Origin: Trichosphaerium sp. ATCC 40318
Taxonomy: Eukaryota > Protista > Tubulinea
Assembly: GCA_038496445.1 (NCBI GenBank)
Contig: JALMLS010000612.1
Coordinates: forward strand, 310,001-374,000
Direction of reading: 5' to 3'
Length of the DNA: 64,000 nt
Shown: one piece after another, positions 16,503 to 29,672 of the stretch
Position numbering within the stretch: position 1 is the stretch's first letter
Layout: each line of letters starts with the position of its first letter
Notes under the pieces: generated by a model
Database searches by the model: none
The model's input: the letters and a program-made list of their open reading frames with translations, nothing else
Told to the model about the DNA's origin: nothing
Made by a program: the position numbers and the translations under genes

Positions 16503-19500
16503 TTAGTGCGTGATGAGATACTGCACCGAGAATTCCAGCAACGGTACAAGTGCCTCAGATTCTGTTCTTGTGCACAGCTTGCAAGACTTTCCACCAGATG
16601 CAACAGTAATCTCCAATAAGAAAACAAAGCCGCTCGCCGTTTTCGAAGAGAAGTACAAAACGTCCTAAGAAGAAAAAAAATAAATTTCTCCAGAATCAAA
16701 CAATTAAAAAATCCACCAAAAAAATACAGTGTTCAATTCTACGTACTTGCTTGTCCTTTTTAGTGCTTGCGACAAAGAAAATATTATGTGCGCCCAAACG
16801 CTTTTGAAATCCGTCCTTTGTTGATACAGTGATATTAGACACATCCATAAATTTTTCATTAGTGATAGAACGCCAAAAGTTACGGTATCCCTAAAACGAA
16901 AGCGTTAATAACTGATTACCCTTTTAACACCTGTCGTACTTGTTTAGACATTGCGCCATCCTCTTGGAATAATACGTGAATAGGTAACCGTGCGTTAAAC
17001 ATAGAAACACCAAGGTTTGTTTTTATAGCCATTTGGACAATATTAGAAGGTGGTTCTTGAGACGCAGGTCCATTAGTTGCAATAATAAGAGGGTACTCAA
17101 TAGTTTGTCCAGGCATGAGAGGTTGTGCAAGAGATATAAGACCACCAGGCGCAACCTGAAATCTATACATCAAAGCAGTCAGTAAAACAAAGAAACAGCC
17201 CCAAAAAAAAAAAGAAAACTGGAAAAGCTTCGTACGTGTTCTTATTGAATTGCATCATAACGAATTGTACTGGTTGTTGTGATTGATTGGTCAATATCAT
17301 ATCAAAATATACTGCAGCATCACGACGACTAAATCCAGCTTTGACTTCGAGACCATGTCCCTTATCTGCAGGCAATACAACCAATTTAGGTACCTGTAAA
17401 GTAAAAAACGTAAGAACAAAAAACAACAAGAATAAAAAAGGGCGAAAATATTCTCCTCCATACCTCTACCTCACCCACAACCTTAGATTTTGATTTTTTG
17501 CTTGATGGTGCAGGCTTCTCCTTTTGTACATTACGCAACTTCTCAATAAACGTCTCTGGAGGTTTATGATAGACAGAGGCGAGTGTCGACATTTGCTCTA
17601 ACAAATCATCAAGAACAGATTCCTCAAGCCTGGCTGTGTGATCTGAAATAAGTGGCTTCGTGGCAAGTACAACTTGCTTTGCACCCTCTGGATCTTGAGA
17701 TAAAAGACGCCAGTAGATAAATCCACGGTCTCTTAAATCAGGGTTGTCAGACTCGGTAGCAAAGTTGAGTACTTCTTGAACCATCCCTTGGGTATCTCGA
17801 GGGCGCTTTAGGAACAATTTGACAGTAGCAGTGAGGAGCTGTAGTTGAACAACAGGAGCTTCATCTTTGAATTCAGCAATAAAGACCTTGAGTAGCTCTT
17901 CTGCATTGTCAATAGATTGAGCGTATTCACCAATGATCCAAATCATAGCAGCTTTAGCTTCTGGTTTATCTAGAGCCTCCAGGTTGTTACAAAGGATGGA
18001 AATTATACTCTCGTATTTATTTGGGTACTTTCTGAATGTATCCTAAACAACACGTGAGTACAACCAATTATATAAAAAAATCCAAAATGTACAAAAAATA
18101 CCTTAATAACAATGATAGCTTCCTGTACAACGTAATCGACTTTTGTCTTGATTAAATCCAATAATACGCGAATAGCCTTTTCTGCAGCCTTTTCTAGTTT
18201 AATAGCACAACGACCAATAGCACGAACAGCCTAAATAAACAGTTAGAAACAAAAAAAATAAGGTTTGAAAAAAATCAAAAATGCGAAAACTCGCGATGCT
18301 GTACCTTGCACACAAAATCAACATCTACGGCTGTAGCATACTCCTTCAATTCAATAAGCACTTGATCAATATTACGATCAGATGCCAACATGATGATAAT
18401 TTCAAGTTTTTCCATCTTGACGTAAATTGGATCATTGTACTTGCAAAAGAAAACTTTCATTTCTCCTTGAAGGACAGTAGGTATTTTCTGTAGTATGAGG
18501 TTAATGTTACGTAAAGCAACATATTGAATCTCTGGTTCCTTTGATAGCAGTGTAACTAAAAGAAACAAACAAAGTCAGCACTAAATCGATCTTTTTGTCC
18601 CCTTCTTTCTCCTTTTTTTTTTTTTTTGGTTTTCGTTTCAAAGATGTTTATTTGAAAAGGTGACGTACCAAGTGGCGGAGCCATCTTTTTGTAAATGTTA
18701 CCGACAGTTTCTTTATTATCAATAACGTTGGTGTACTTAATAAGTACTTTGATAGCGGCCAATACAACAGCAGAGTTATTATGAGCCAAACGTGGTGTTA
18801 CGCGATTACAAATATTAGCAGCGTGTCTCTCATCCTTAGAAAGCCATTAGGAATAAAAAAATAACAAAAAAATAATACACGCTTAAAATGGCGTACTTTA
18901 GGTTCATAGCGACAAAGAGCATTTAGAATCAACACTTGTCCCCATTCGTTGCACTCTTCAAGTGCCGTCAAGAGCTTATTGCGGTTTCCACTGCTAATTT
19001 TGAAAACAGGTGTTGGAGCAATGTCGTCAATCTCGCAAAGGGCAGCAACTGCGTTAGCGACGACCATAGGGTTGGAATCTCCGATAAGCTCATTAAGCAT
19101 AGGAATAAATCCCTATTACAGAAATGTCAAAACAGTAATAATAAAGACTCCTGAGCAATTCCATAGTTTGAAAAGTTTTTTCATTCTCGTGAAACGTTGG
19201 CGTCGTTTTTGCTCCAAAATACGCACCTGGTCTTCTACGAGTTGAGGATTTACGTCATATAGCTTCGCTACACATACTGCGGCTGTTTTTAGCACATAAG
19301 GGTCACGATCCTACATTCGTTGGCGAAAGAAACCAAATAGACAAATTGAAAACCATTAGTTACTGCGCGTTAGGTACCTTTAAACAGCGACGTAGAGGTT
19401 CGCACATGTATTCAGAAATGGTGTCTATGCGTATACAACCCATCGTTCTAATAGCCAATGCACGAATAAGCGGACTAGGATCCGTTGCGTCCTTGTGGGG

Positions 19501-20004
19501 TTTTGTTAGTCGAAACATGGAAATGAAGACGTTTTCAAGTGGGTTAGTGGTGAGAAAGGCTCTATAGCGTAAAGAATACCCGTTGGCGTTTTCAACAGAA
19601 TTTTACTGTTGTTAAAATGTTTTTTTTGTATTTTTTGCGCTCAGGAGCGCTAATTGAGCTGAAACTAGCTAGAAGTATTATTCTCACCTTTTGGAACGTG
19701 CTCACAGCGAGAATAGCACGATCGGGATTGAGCTTGGAGTAGTTCATCAAATACAGATAAACCAATTTTTTAAGCTCTATGTTTGATGTCTGACTGCAAT
19801 TGAGCACATCTGTGAAGAGTGGCGACACGTCTTTTCCCACAGTCATTGCCGCTACAACCTTTTTTACTGCCTCTTTGCGCTTGTCTTCTTTAAGACTGTT
19901 CAGTTCGGACTGAAGCTGGGCGATCTCGCCTGAGCGTTTTAATACGACAAAAATACACTTGGACTATTACCTCTCTTAGTGTTCTCGAAATAAGAGTTTG
20001 CCAT
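16503..20004 (-). CDS. AP1B1: AP-1/AP-2 adaptor complex beta subunit (beta-adaptin)
   Basis: [54 protein letters not shown] and [16 protein letters not shown] are present, followed by appendage exons. Confidence 0.97.
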
Positions 20005-20187
20005 CGCAGTTGTAGGCTGAACGGCTTGAACTTCACCAAAAAATTGCGAAAGATAAGCGAGCACACGTCGCACACTTAAGTTTTGTTTGCCGGAAAAAAC
20101 GTTGTAATTCGATCAAAATTACACAACTACGACACTAAGCTATATTTTACAATGTGTACAAACATGGTACAGGTACCGTGGATCCCT

Positions 20188-21924
20188 TCAGTAACCGTTG
20201 GTGCCAGAAAACTTAAATTGTTGGTCGCTGTAGTCTCCATCTGGGTTAGGCCGTGGCGCTGAATTAGTTACGCGTAGTCTGATCTTACTAGAGGAAGCTG
20301 GTTGCGCTTGAACGACGTTTAACTTTACGGGCGCAGACCGGTTGCTTGGTTGATCAACGTCCATTGGAGTAGGCGTAGATTGCGGCATTGAGCGTAGAAG
20401 TAACGCCTTTTGTTCTTTAAGAGTCTGGTTGATAAAGGTTTGTTGTGCGAGCACTTTTTGAAGTTCAAACAATACACAAAGATCCATTTTGAGGTCTTTA
20501 AGAAGGGCTTGACATTTAGTGCTATGTGTCGATTCGTCATATTCTAAAACAATATTAAAAAAACATTCTCAAACAATAAATAACGTGTCACTTACGAACT
20601 CCTAGTTCATAAAGAGAACGGTCAATCAGATGATGGTAGTGCTGTAATTTTGGTTGTAATTGCTTGGCAGCTGATCTAAAGAATGGGTGAGGTGTTGCAG
20701 AAACAGCAATCTGGTAAAAAAACCCTTACGGTTTGGAGTTCTTCACTTTGTTGGCCTTTTTCTTTTGTTTGGATTTCTGTACCAAGGTCAGAATACAAGT
20801 GACAGTTAAAGTACAAAAAAAAACGTACGTCGGTATACTTTCCAGGGCTTTTACCTTGAACTGCTTTACGCGCCAAAGCGAAGACAGCTGTGGCGTTACG
20901 ACTGTGTAGCGTTTGAAGCTGTTGTTTCAATGTTAGAAGTTTAAATATGTAAAACTTTGCGTGATGTACTTGTTTGATCCTAAAGTCGTGTTGTTGCGAT
21001 AACTCTTTTTCTTCTTTGGCCTCCTCAGCGGTTCTTTTATTTCGCGTCTCAGAAAGTGATTTTCTGCGTAATTCAGCCTCTACAGTTATTAACACCATTA
21101 TTTCTATTAAATAAGAGCGTCGTACGCTTGTCGAACTTGAATTTTAGGAGAGGATGTCTTTGTTCTCCACGTATACGCAAAAGTTGTGTTGCTACCCAGT
21201 AATACCTCTCCTTTAAATCCTAACGCTGTTATCAGTAAAAAGATCAAACCTTTGTTTTTGTTTTGACACAATTGCGTACATCAACTGAGCGCTGTTTGTA
21301 TTGTGATGGCCATCTATCAGCGATGACAATAAATCGGAGATCGTAACGTTTACATGAGTCGAACAAACAAAGCGTCTCTTCTTTTGTCCAGTCGCCTCCT
21401 CTGTTAGTAAGATACTCGTCATAAATCTCGGACGTAAGCTCTTCAACTTTGACGCTCTTATTGTACGCTGCAAACGGATAATCTGAAACATGTTAATTGT
21501 GGACTTACACTCGTTAATACCTTTCTTTGCATCCCTAACTTTACCCCAGTGCTTTAATGCGACACCATCCTGTCTGGCCGAGTTTCTGAATGCTAACCAA
21601 GACCTTGAAAGGCGTTAAAAAGGGTTTTTAATGTCGTGTACCATTTATCGGCTGCTCTAACGCCGGCTAGAGTGCGTTTCTTTCGAAACTGCTTTTTAAT
21701 GGTTTTAGTAGGCGCTATAGAAGGGTTTTGGCTATCATGTAGTTGTGCTAGTTCTCTTGAGAGCCCAGCTGTAAATGTAATTAAACTAAAGTAAAGAAGC
21801 CACAGCAAATTGACGTACTCGACCTAGCTCTCTTCTTCGATTCAGTTGGTGGAGGTCCTTTTAGTTTTGGCTGTGATTTATGAACTGGACCCTTTAGGCC
21901 TAAGATGTCGCGCTGTGTTTGCAT
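20188..21924 (-). CDS. DMAP1: DMAP1/SWC4/EAF2 SANT-domain subunit of NuA4/SWR1
   Basis: QRDILG, GLSRELAQL, AFRNSARQDGVALKHW, YPFAAYNK, DWTKEET and KERYYWV motifs in spliced exons. Confidence 0.8.
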
Positions 21925-22028
21925 GAAGAACAACAGCAACGCGTTGCAGGATACGTTGGGAGGTGGAAAAACTGTGAAATTTCGGCTTGTTTAAACTGTT
22001 TGAACGACCTTTTAGCCTTGTAGTAAAG

Positions 22029-22886
22029 ATGCTTAAATTCGCAAAGTATCATGGGTTAGGAAACGATTTTATAATGTTAGACAACAGGGACGCGAAAATT
22101 AATCTAACGCAGAAACAAATAGCGAGATTGTGTAAACGGCACGTTGGCATTGGTGCTGATGGTATTATTCTCCTACAACATGGAAACGAACAAAATGACG
22201 CTAAAAAACCTAAGCAAGCCACCTACGGCATGCATATGTTTAACGCAGACGGCACAGTGTCAGAAACTTGCGGAAATGGTATTAGATGCTTAGCACGTTA
22301 CATTGTTGATACAATAGGTTCACAGGGCAATGACTTTAAACTATATACCATGGCAGGTATTGTAGGCATTAAACTTCTCCCTTCAGGAAAGATAACGGTA
22401 GATATGGGTCTTCCAAAATTGCTAGCAGAACAAATACCAACGACTATCAGTAAAAGAAACGAAAGAGTCATTGACAATCAACTAGATGTCTGTGGAACAC
22501 ATTGGTCGGTGACATGTGTCAATATGGGGAATCCTCACTGTGTTACATTTGTTGAAAATGTAGAAACAATAGATTTAAATGAAATTGGACCAAAGTTCGA
22601 AAACCACCAAGTTTTTCCTCAACGCGTCAATACAGAGTTCATTCAGGTCTTAAATGAGCATCATGTAATCATGCGTGTTTGGGAGCGTGGTTCTGGTGCT
22701 ACACTTGCTTGTGGTAGTGGTGCATGTGCCTCAGCAGTAGCATCAATCTTGTCAAACAGATGTACATCTCCTGTTCTCGTTGACTTACCTGGAGGTCCTT
22801 TGGAGATTACTTGGAGCGGAGAAAACTGTAATGTTGTGATGACTGGACCTGCTGTACATGTTTTCAATGGTGAGGTAAAGGTGTGA
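22029..22886 (+). CDS. dapF: Diaminopimelate epimerase, intronless
   Basis: KYHGLGNDF, GIGADG, CGNGIRC, NMGNPH and RVWERGSGATLACGSGAC, with both catalytic Cys present. ATG at 22029. Confidence 0.97.
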   Translation: MLKFAKYHGLGNDFIMLDNRDAKINLTQKQIARLCKRHVGIGADGIILLQHGNEQNDAKKPKQATYGMHMFNADGTVSETCGNGIRCLARYIVDTIGSQGNDFKLYTMAGIVGIKLLPSGKITVDMGLPKLLAEQIPTTISKRNERVIDNQLDVCGTHWSVTCVNMGNPHCVTFVENVETIDLNEIGPKFENHQVFPQRVNTEFIQVLNEHHVIMRVWERGSGATLACGSGACASAVASILSNRCTSPVLVDLPGGPLEITWSGENCNVVMTGPAVHVFNGEVKV

Positions 22887-22954
22887 TTGTAATTAGACGC
22901 AATAAAACCGAGCGAAAAAAAGCTAACACTTAATTTACTACCATCTGTAATTCA

Positions 22955-24070
22955 CTATTTTCGATTGACACGTATATATTCATGGGCAACATTTTTCAAA
23001 TTCATGTTAACCATACTCGTGAATATTGCCCATACTCTATCATAGTGATCCTCAGTAATTGGAGATAGTGAAGCCGGAAAGTTGTCCAGAATGTATTCCT
23101 TCTTTTGGCGTCCATACGTAAATCTTGATCTTAAAGCACTTGTGAGTAATACTAGTATAAAAATGGCTTTACGTACCCTCTCTCGAAAGGTTTAAAACTT
23201 GTTATTTTGTCCCTGCAAAACGAGGATGACTGGTCGCACATTTTCTTCATTTGGAAGTATTCTGTGTCTTTTGCTTTTTTATGTGGATTTACTATTGCTT
23301 CAAACACGCCTACATCGTATCCTAGTTCTTCTCTGCCACATTGCGTATCTCCAAAATCTATGGTTGCAATGAAGTAATCCCACTGTGAATGATGGCCCTT
23401 AAACTTAACTCTCAAAGAGTTTTTGTCAACAGCTTCACTTGTCCAGGTACCAACCATCTAGTGAAAAAGTCACGTGTTTCGAACCGTTTTGTGAGTGTCA
23501 ACGTACTCTGTCGTTTGAAACACTTCTGCCTCTACTACAACCACCAGTAAGTTCATCTCGCCAATAGAAAAATCCAGACTTCGGATCATTCAAATGTTGT
23601 ACAATGACAAGAATTAACGCGTAGTCAGGGTGTGGGTCATTAAAATCGCAAAGCGCGTGCGTGGGTTTTCTATCAAATGCGGTTTAGTAACCTTAACGCG
23701 TATATAAACGTACTTTTTTATCTTGGCATATACTCCATGTAGTGGGAAGTGTTTGGCGAGCCACTGAGCTTTGGAGACTGTACATGGGCCAAAAGTGGCT
23801 TGTAATTCGTTAATTACTTATAAATTGTATACTGCTACCTTCAAAACAGCGGGAAACTTGCAAGCAGCGCAGAAGCGTTCGTAAGCTGAGAAATTCAGCT
23901 ATGTTGCGCCAAATTTCAGTTGGAAGTTGCTCTTCTATTGCGTGTAAAGCGTCACTCATCGTCTTATTAGCAACTTGTGGTGTTTGTTCTTTCTTTTCTG
24001 GCCTTCCTTTTATTGATTTAGCTCCCCATTCTGGAATAAACTCGTCGAGAAGGTCTGCAAAGGGATCCAT
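22955..24070 (-). CDS. F-box protein, multi-exon
   Basis: LPTEIWRNIAEFLSLRTLLRCLQVSRCF is an F-box motif. Downstream exons include ORF 23152-23457. Confidence 0.75.
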
Positions 24071-24943
24071 GTGTTGTTACTGTTTTCAAATAAGACCAAA
24101 TAAAATTGCTATTTTGCTCATCAGTTAGTGAAAAATATAAAAGTGGCATTTTACCTCAGACAGGGACATTATACATTGGCGACTAAGTGTGCTCCACTGT
24201 CAATCTGTGACTTCAAAGCACTCGCCGCCTTAACAGTGAAGTCTCAATCAGAGTGGGACGCTTCTTGTTTTTGTCACGTGGAAACAAACCAAAAAAGGGT
24301 GAATGCGTCAACTGCTAGGTGTGCTCTACAGCCGTATTAGGGCTTAGAGCACGGTGGTATTTCCAGATCTCTATGGTACGTGATATTGGTTCAGCTAGCG
24401 AGGTATGAACTAAGACATGACCCGAAATTGGTGCCATGTCCATTGTAATGTTATTACACACTCATTATAGGATGCACACTACCAGTGCCACCTCCCTTCG
24501 CATCTTCGCATGAAGAAATACCACGAGACCACCCTGGGGAAGTGTTTTCCTCTCGTCCAAACAAAGTGTGATATAATCAATAATCGAAGTAACAGCTTAA
24601 CTCAATGCACTTATCTGCAATGCACCCACCAACATTGCGCTAAAAGCGGCTATTTATACCAATTTGTTTTAGACTCAAAAAAAGTTGTGGGATTGTTTAA
24701 AAAAGCAGAAAAGCCATAGATGGGGTGTGCGGTATGTATTACACGTAGGAGGGGAGCAAATACACAAAAACCAAACGCCCTTAATTGAAAATTCGCATTT
24801 TTTTGGCTAAATGGTCAAAAACTGATAAAACAACCCCTGTACACTTACAAGCTCCTGCATTATATCTTGCAACACCTTGTTCTCTTACAGAAAAGTGAGT
24901 AAGCTTACTTTAAGACTTTGAGCACGAAAATTCTTCTCATTTC

Positions 24944-26420
24944 ATGAAAAATTACATTGCCATGCCCACAGATCCTCCAGATCGTTTAACTTATCCAATA
25001 GTAACTATTTATGCGTATCTTGCATCGGCAGGAGTGTCATTAATAGCTACCACATGCGTTGTATGATAAGCAAAAGAAAGTTGTTTTCTTTTTTCATATT
25101 CACGTGTTTAGCTTGTATACATCCTCGTTAGGCGACGTTATTCAAACCCTTCACGAAGATTAGTTCTACAAGTGTTCATTATCGATTATCTTATTGCTTG
25201 TGTTGATTTGGCCACAGTGTGGACGTACGGGAGACCTGATGGAGGTATTTAGAACAGTCGTCGTTTTTGTTGTAATGTTTCTGTTTAGCCGCTTGTTTGG
25301 CTCAGGCCTTTTTCATTAACGCTATAGAGTTACTTCAACCATTCATTTCACTCGTGATATCAATAAACGTTTTTCTTTATGTACAATGGAAAACGTACGC
25401 AACCTTCGCTTGCCACGTGCTTTTAGAAAAAAATACGACAAGAAAGGTTTTCCGATATCAGATTTTGAGTTTGTGACTAGTCCTCGCTACCCAATGTTGT
25501 ACAAGTTTAGCTTACTCATTCTTGGGTTAGGAAAGACTCTGTGTGCAAGGAACTATCATTTTTTGTTGTGATGATTGCCATGGCTTTTGGTCTTAGTGCG
25601 CTCCCTTTTATTGGTGGCACTTATGGAAAAAGTTATCCGTACACATAAACACAATGGTATCAATTATGTAACTTGTTTTCTTAACAAGTTGGTTCTACAT
25701 AGGTTTTGTTGGATAAAGGATGATTTTGGCAATCTTGCTTTTGTGTAAGTTATTTTTGCTGTCCACAGTGCAAATGTTGCAGCTAGTGACACTAAAATAG
25801 AACGTTGTTCTTTCAGTTTGAAACTAACTCTATTACAGGTGGCAAATTGTGACTTTCTGGGCACCTCTTATACTATCAGTTCCACTTATTTTAATATTAA
25901 ATATATTCATCCTGTTACGTCTACGGAAAGTTCTTGCGGTACAATACCAGACCACAGTTATTTCTCAAGCTTATCAAATTTCTATCCAAAGCCAGTAAGT
26001 TCTATAAATCGCAAGGCAGAACGTGTGCAGAAATTGGCTATATACAGACTCATTGGATACCCAATAATACTCACTGTTATATGGGCAGGTACAAGTGTTC
26101 GATATTTAGGATATGACATGAGGGACAAACGTGCAGTAAGTTTTATCATATATAAAACATGTAAGACACAGATTTAATTAATTCCTTGTTACTGTAGCCA
26201 GATGCTTTAATGCTGTGCGTGTTAATAATAAGACCTTTGGTGGGTTTTGTTGATACTCTATTTTATACTATGGCAAATTTTGTTGTGAGTATGTCATGTG
26301 GTAAGTTGTATTACATCCTCAAAACCAAATTTACCTTCTTTGTTAACAACTTTTAAAGGAAAGAAGGATCCTTTAATGAGATCGCATACAAGTATTGTCT
26401 CAAGTGTACTCACTCAATAG
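24944..26420 (+). CDS. 7-TM G-protein-coupled receptor, Dictyostelium cAMP-receptor-like family
   Basis: Hydrophobic helices with NPSRRLV, ACLAQAFFI, FCWIKDD, RLIGYPIIL and PLVGFVDTLFY, motifs typical of CAR/Crl-like GPCRs. Confidence 0.75.
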
Positions 26421-26857
26421 TAACAAATCGAATTGCATTGAACAGAATCAAAAGGCCTTTTTGTACATAATAAACAACATTTATTTTATTCGAGCAAAAT
26501 AGTTTTTAGTGGATTTACGTTCACATAGACAAGTTTAGAAGCAAGCATCTGCAAACTTGTATTATCATAATCCAGAGCTACTCATATTCGAGTTGAAACG
26601 CGAGAACATCAATCAAGAGTAACAGTTCGTGCGCGTTTTTTGGAATGAAGCCAGTAGCGTGTGAGAGTTAGAAAAATGAAAATTACGTTTCGACACCAAA
26701 CCAGAAGGATTCAATACAGTGCATGTGCACGTATTTGAAACCGGAATACCGAGCGCTGCTGACCAACTCATTGGCTTGTCAGATGGCTCACACGGCGTCG
26801 CGTGCTCTGTACGGGCTATATAGTATCATCTGGTAACATCCAAAGGCATGAAGGAAT

Positions 26858-27508
26858 TTAATCGAACATTGCGTATATATCAACCTCTTCAGCTTTACCG
26901 CTTATTACGGCTAATGCTTCTAGTTCTTTGTCAATTTCTGTCTTTTTCGCATTGATAGCCGATAATCTTTCTTCTATCGATCCTAAACGTTCCACTTGTA
27001 CAACTAATATCATAAGTGATATCACTGCATTTAGTTTAACCTATTTCCGTACGCAAAGTATCGTGATGAGGATTATGAAGCTCAGGATCTTCCAAAAATT
27101 CTTTACACCAATTTTTATGTGCTCCTGTCATTCTTGTTTTTGAATAAAACAAACAAGGATTCCTTGGCCACCGATAGAAACCTGTATTGATGACAATCAG
27201 GTTAATTTGCTGTGTATCATTTCGCGGGTTTTTTTTTCTCTCTACGCACCATTGCCTTTTCCTAGCCTCGGATCTGTAGGAGATTTAGCTTTTAGGCGTC
27301 TGTAAACTGGTTGACCTGTAGAAACGTAAATACGCTAGGCGTTGTATCAACGTACATTTAAAACGCTCCATGAGGTGAATATTGTTTGTAATTTGTTGTG
27401 AAGTGGCGGGTTTATTTAAATTTCGTGTATCTAATCTAATTAACTTGATTGGATCTACCACAACGCACCTTGCGCCCACGTAGTCGTTTTTCTGCCATTT
27501 CGTGACAT
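26858..27508 (-). CDS. Hypothetical small protein with a C-terminal coiled coil
   Basis: Intron-like GTGCGT/GTACG...AG segments separate open exons ending ERLGSIEERLSAINAKKTEIDKELEAL. I could not fully reconcile the 5' exon phases. Confidence 0.35.
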
Positions 27509-28375
27509 AAGCGCTATTTCTATCGTGCTATTTTAGAATACACTTTACTACAGCAACAGCAGCCCACAAACAATACAGGTGACTTGTTTTTTATTCTAAA
27601 CCAACTTATTGATACCGCCCTTAAAACCGTAAGATTACAAGCTGCAGCGCGAGATGTTCTAGTGTAGAAACAAATTGTCCAAGAAATTCTCATTTCGCAA
27701 GAACAAACTGCTTTCGGTTTTATGCACTGAATGTGAGCGTTACTGATTCTTAAGTTCTAATTTTAGTTTGACTATGAGCACTCACTTTGCATACACATGC
27801 TACGCTTTTTGTAGGCAGCTGTAACGTATTTTGTTATAAAATGAGAAAATTGAAGGAACTTCACATGGCGCCTTCATCTTTTATTATTATCAAAAAATAC
27901 GTTGTGTATTATTTCTAATTGAAGCACGAGAATTTATACCTTATTAGTATTCAAGTTTTGGCTTGCGCTCAGTTTTTTAACACAGTTTTAGTTTTTGCGG
28001 AGAAATGTCGTCAAGGCACGCCAGTGTCAGTCACTCCGCCGAATGATTTATAAGGTGACGATATCTGCAATCTACGGTGATTAATAGCTGACCTTACTCC
28101 ACTCAATGACGTGGCCTCTACGTAGATTCTTTACAACCACGTGAACATTGAAAACACTACAACGACCGGTTGAAAATAAAAAACCCGCCATTGCGCAGTC
28201 AACAAATACTCTTCGCCCAATTTATCGACAAATAAGGGAAACAGCATTGCGCAACACACAAGCGACGCAGTTCTTCATTTAACAGTTGTTTAGTGTTCAA
28301 GTGTTGAAGCTAATTTCGACTATTGGGTAACTTTAATACAACAAAAAACAATCTTCTCAACGTACTGCTACGCGC

Positions 28376-29386
28376 ATGCATAAAGCTGCGCATTTTACTA
28401 CTGAATTTAAGAAGCTACGCCAAATGCAAACCGAACACTATTCTACGAACGTTTGTAATCTTCTACGACTTCCAAAAGACGTTCAAAGGTATTTATGTGC
28501 TTTCAATGACGAAACCTTTACAAAGTACAATATACTATCAAAAACAGCGGCTACGAACACACACTATGATAGTAATCTAAAGAAAAATGGTGTTTGGATT
28601 AAATGGTACAAAGACGGGAGTTTAAAAAGCAAAGAAATGATGTCAGATGGTAAAAGGAATGGAGAGATGAAAAAGTGGCATAAGAATGGAAAACTATTGT
28701 TCAAGTCATGGTACAAGGATAATGAGAGGCATGGTAAGTACGAGAGTTGGCATAAAGAAGGACAACGTCATGTAACAGGTTCGTTCACCAATGGAAAGGT
28801 GAACGGTGAAGCATGGAGATGGTATGAGAATGGTCAACTAAGGATACATAGTTTTTATGTTAATGATAAGAAAGACGGTGTCCTCACCCAATGGTATATG
28901 AGTGGGCAGCTCCAATTAGAAAATATGTTTGATAATGGCAAGAAGCATGGTGACCGCAAGGAGTGGTATAGGAATGGACAACTGATGTCACTTTCAAAGT
29001 TTGTTCAAGACAAGTGCGCTGGGCTCACTCTGTGGTATAAAAATGGTCAAATGAAGTTAAACACTATGTATGTTGATGGTAAGATGCATGGTGAGCACAA
29101 ACGGTGGTTTGAAGACGGGCAAATGAGTAAAGATGAACATTATGTTAATGGCTATCAAAAAGGTGATGTATATCATTGGCATAGAAATGGTCAACTTGCA
29201 GTGCATAATTTCTTTGTTGATGGAAAGAAGAGTGGTGAGGGCAAGGAGTGGTATGAAAATGGTCAGTTAAAGATGCAAGGTAACTTCATCAATGGTATTG
29301 TACATGGGGAATACAAAGAGTGGAATGAGGACGGAGAGCTCACCCTTGAAAAAACTTTCAATAATTTTCCAGATGTACAAGTATAA
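28376..29386 (+). CDS. F-box-like N-terminus plus 11 MORN-variant (MORN_2/YwqK-type) repeats, intronless
   Basis: 336-aa ORF. LLRLPKDVQRYLCAF resembles an F-box start, followed by about 24-aa repeats of the form xxGxxxxWYxNGQLxxxxxFxxGK. Confidence 0.85.
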   Translation: MHKAAHFTTEFKKLRQMQTEHYSTNVCNLLRLPKDVQRYLCAFNDETFTKYNILSKTAATNTHYDSNLKKNGVWIKWYKDGSLKSKEMMSDGKRNGEMKKWHKNGKLLFKSWYKDNERHGKYESWHKEGQRHVTGSFTNGKVNGEAWRWYENGQLRIHSFYVNDKKDGVLTQWYMSGQLQLENMFDNGKKHGDRKEWYRNGQLMSLSKFVQDKCAGLTLWYKNGQMKLNTMYVDGKMHGEHKRWFEDGQMSKDEHYVNGYQKGDVYHWHRNGQLAVHNFFVDGKKSGEGKEWYENGQLKMQGNFINGIVHGEYKEWNEDGELTLEKTFNNFPDVQV

Positions 29387-29672
29387 ATAATTATACAAGC
29401 ATTATCTTATCGTTTGAATGCACATATTAACTTTCCACTGTAACTGATATCAAGACATTAGATATATTTGTACCACATGTACAAATGTGCTGTAGGCTAA
29501 GTAGTATGTGACCATTTCAAATATAGTGTCTGCACTTAGGAAGTAAGTAGTTTAAATTGTGAGTGGCAAGAAGAGCTGTATTCTTGTGAATAAACTTATA
29601 GTTAAAAAGCAAAGAATTGAACAGCAGGCGATTAACATATGAGATCAAGTGTTTATTAGGTATGTACATTTT

